Below are positions 61,800 through 64,000 of a stretch of DNA of 64,000 nt, one piece after another. The stretch is from Lama guanicoe (Eukaryota): assembly GCA_013239625.1 (NCBI GenBank), contig MU056262.1, positions 8,780,134-8,844,133 of the forward strand. Reading direction: 5' to 3'. A model generated the notes under the pieces. It was given only the letters and a program-made list of their open reading frames with translations. It was not told the origin of the DNA and made no database searches. How positions within the stretch are numbered: position 1 is the stretch's first letter; the number at the start of each line of letters is the position of its first letter. Made by a program: the position numbers and the translations under genes.

Positions 61800-62345
61800 G
61801 TTTAAGTCATTAAACACTTGTTCACTATAATACATTCAAATAATAGAAGAGTACTTAAAATTAAAAACTCACATATTCCCCCTCCCAGCCTCTTCAATCC
61901 CTCTCCACAGAGACAGTCACTCTAGACAACTTGGTATCTACACTTCCAAACATGTTTCTCTGTGCACATTCCTCTGACATTCTACCAAAATGGGACTATG
62001 ATACATGCAATGCTTTGCAACTTCTCACCTAACAAGATATTTCTAAATCAGTGTTTATGGAACGTTATACTTTGAGCACTCGAACAGTATTCCACTACTA
62101 GCACAGACCATGATTTTTTTAACCATACCCCTGTCAGTGGATACCCCGCTGGTTCTAATAGGTTGCTGTTATCAACTAGGCTGTGTGAACACCTCTGTAC
62201 ATGCCATCCTTTGCTAATTTAGGGGTTACGATCCCGTAAGTGGGTATGCAGGGTTGCACAGTACATATACATGCAATGTCTAAACAAGGTGGTAAAAACT
62301 TGTCCCCCAAAGGATCTACACCAAGTCACCCTTCCACCAGCTCTA
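61800..62345 (-). mobile_element. Old L1 (L1M-type) fragment, minus orientation
   Basis: Degenerate motifs cagtattccact, ttttaaccatacccctg, ttgctgttatcaactaggctgtgtgaacac and cttccaccagc. Confidence 0.55.
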
Positions 62346-64000
62346 TTTTTGGAATTTTTCTTAGAAATTATGTTTAGTTAAAAAGGAAATCAAAAAAGAA
62401 GAAAAGAAAGAAAGAAACCACCATACCCAGTTGTGCAGGAGGAGGCATGACGGGAATCTGGACGGGAATCTCTGGTTGTTGCTTTCCCAGCTCTGCTTGC
62501 CAAATTAGGCTCCAGGCCGGGTATCCTCATCAGGTCACGCTTGTGTCCACTTGGCCTGCCATTAAGGCTGCTCTCCAGCCTCCCGGCAGGACTCGTGAAC
62601 AGGACTAGGCTTCTAAGGAAGCTTGTCCTGGCTGCAAGCTGACAGATGGCAGGACATAGGCTGAGCACCGCCCGCCAGCATGCTGAAGACTTCCAGATTG
62701 GTATCTTTAGTGCTACTTCCCCCAGATCCACACAGCCACCTCTCAGATACTCTGAATTAGCATGTCTGAGGCAGAACACCTCCTCCTCCACCACTCTGTC
62801 CACACCCCAGACCTTCTCCTCCTCTGGCGGGCCTCATCCTAGAAGCAATTCCAGCACCACTCAGTCATTTATGAGGCCAGAAGCCTGCCTTCTAACCCTT
62901 CTCACCCTCACACCTAAGGAAAACTGGCCCAATCTTATGGGTCACATCCCCTAAGCTGGCTGCTGACCCAGTCCTTCTGCCCTCATGCCACTCCTGCCCC
63001 AGTTCAGCCCATGTTCTCCTACCTGGAGAGCTGGAATAGCTGCCTGCCTCTAGCCTGGCTCCTCCTAAATGCATCCTCCAGAGCCCCAGACCAAGCTTCT
63101 AATTGCATCACGCCACCAACCCCACCCCTCCACGATCCCCTTCTTCTGCATCTACTGAGAGCAAGTCCAAGCCAGCACATGGCAGCAAACCCTCCCTCCA
63201 GTCTCTCCTAGCCTCCACCCCTGCTCTGGGGGCCCCACCCTCCTGCAGCAGCAGCCAGCTGGAGAGGAACAATCAAGTCACCACCAGTGATCCATGCCAG
63301 CTTATCAATCCTGGGCACTGGGAGGGCCTCCTCACACAGCAATGACATTGCCCAGGGCAGGCGGGACAACGTGGATCCTCAAACATTGAGGGAAAAACTT
63401 CAGGTGTGTATGGGGCCCAGGCTCTCATAGCTCAGAGACCCCAAGTAACAGTTCCCTTTGTTTTACAGTGCAACTCTCCGGTTACCACCTTCTGGATGCC
63501 CTTCTCCCAGTGCCTCCCAAGCTCCTCTCTCTTACTTGTGGTCACTGGACTGCCAGAACTGTGTCATCTCTTCTGACCGTCAGATTACATCTGACTCTGA
63601 GAAATTCTGGACTGAGGTAAGCCCGTCTTGCTATCCAAGTTGTAGTCACCTAATTTAACTAAATCAGCGTATTCTCCTCTGAGAAACGAAACATACAAAA
63701 TGTTTCCAGGCAAGAGTGTAAATAGCAACTCTTAAGCAAGACATTTCCCACACACAGACCTTGACCTAACTCAAGAATCTCTTTTAATCATGACTCTCAT
63801 CCTTTCTAAGCTACGTATCCTTCCAGGGCCTTCCATGAACCAGCCCTATGCACCTGTTCACACTTAGCCCTGCACATCCCTGACTTGTGCACCACTCTCT
63901 TTCCAGTGCCCAAACTCCTTTGAGATGCTATGTAGTTTGACGTTTCTGAAACTCCTAACACCGTTCTTCTTCCCATCTCCTTGACCTGGCTAAGTTTTGT

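Noticed and set aside
48832-64000. Search for ATP6V0D1 exon 1, nested genes, tRNA/snoRNA or CRISPR-like arrays
   Set aside because: None recognised. There is no CpG island and no periodic repeat-spacer structure; the region appears to be ordinary intron 1.

Overview
Mammalian genomic DNA containing the ZDHHC1 - HSD11B2 - ATP6V0D1 gene cluster. The repeat content (artiodactyl-type L1 fragments, with no Alu, Bov-A/Bov-tA, PRE-1 or CHR-2 SINEs recognised in 64 kb) suggests a cetartiodactyl, possibly a camelid; this is inference. The minus strand at 1-15.6 kb carries the 5' part of the palmitoyltransferase ZDHHC1 (CpG-island promoter plus 6 coding exons, running off the left edge). The plus strand at 26.8-32.4 kb carries a complete 5-exon HSD11B2 (404 aa). 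The minus strand at 32.9-64 kb carries ATP6V0D1 exons 2-8 (exon 1 lies beyond the right edge). The rest is intronic or intergenic, with MIR, L2, L1, MaLR and ERV LTR relics. Almost all ORFs in the supplied track are spurious. I found no clear-cut new multi-gene system. The most notable observations are: (1) Lys in place of the acidic, NAD+-selecting residue 115 of 11beta-HSD2; (2) the ZDHHC1 start-codon exon is exonised from an antisense L2 tail and creates a uORF ending in an ATGA overlap; (3) a U12-type GT-AG intron in ZDHHC1; (4) a tailless 5S rRNA retropseudogene with a TSD; (5) an L1-mobilised ERV R-region copy with poly(A) and a TSD; (6) candidate epithelial enhancers and CTCF sites around HSD11B2.
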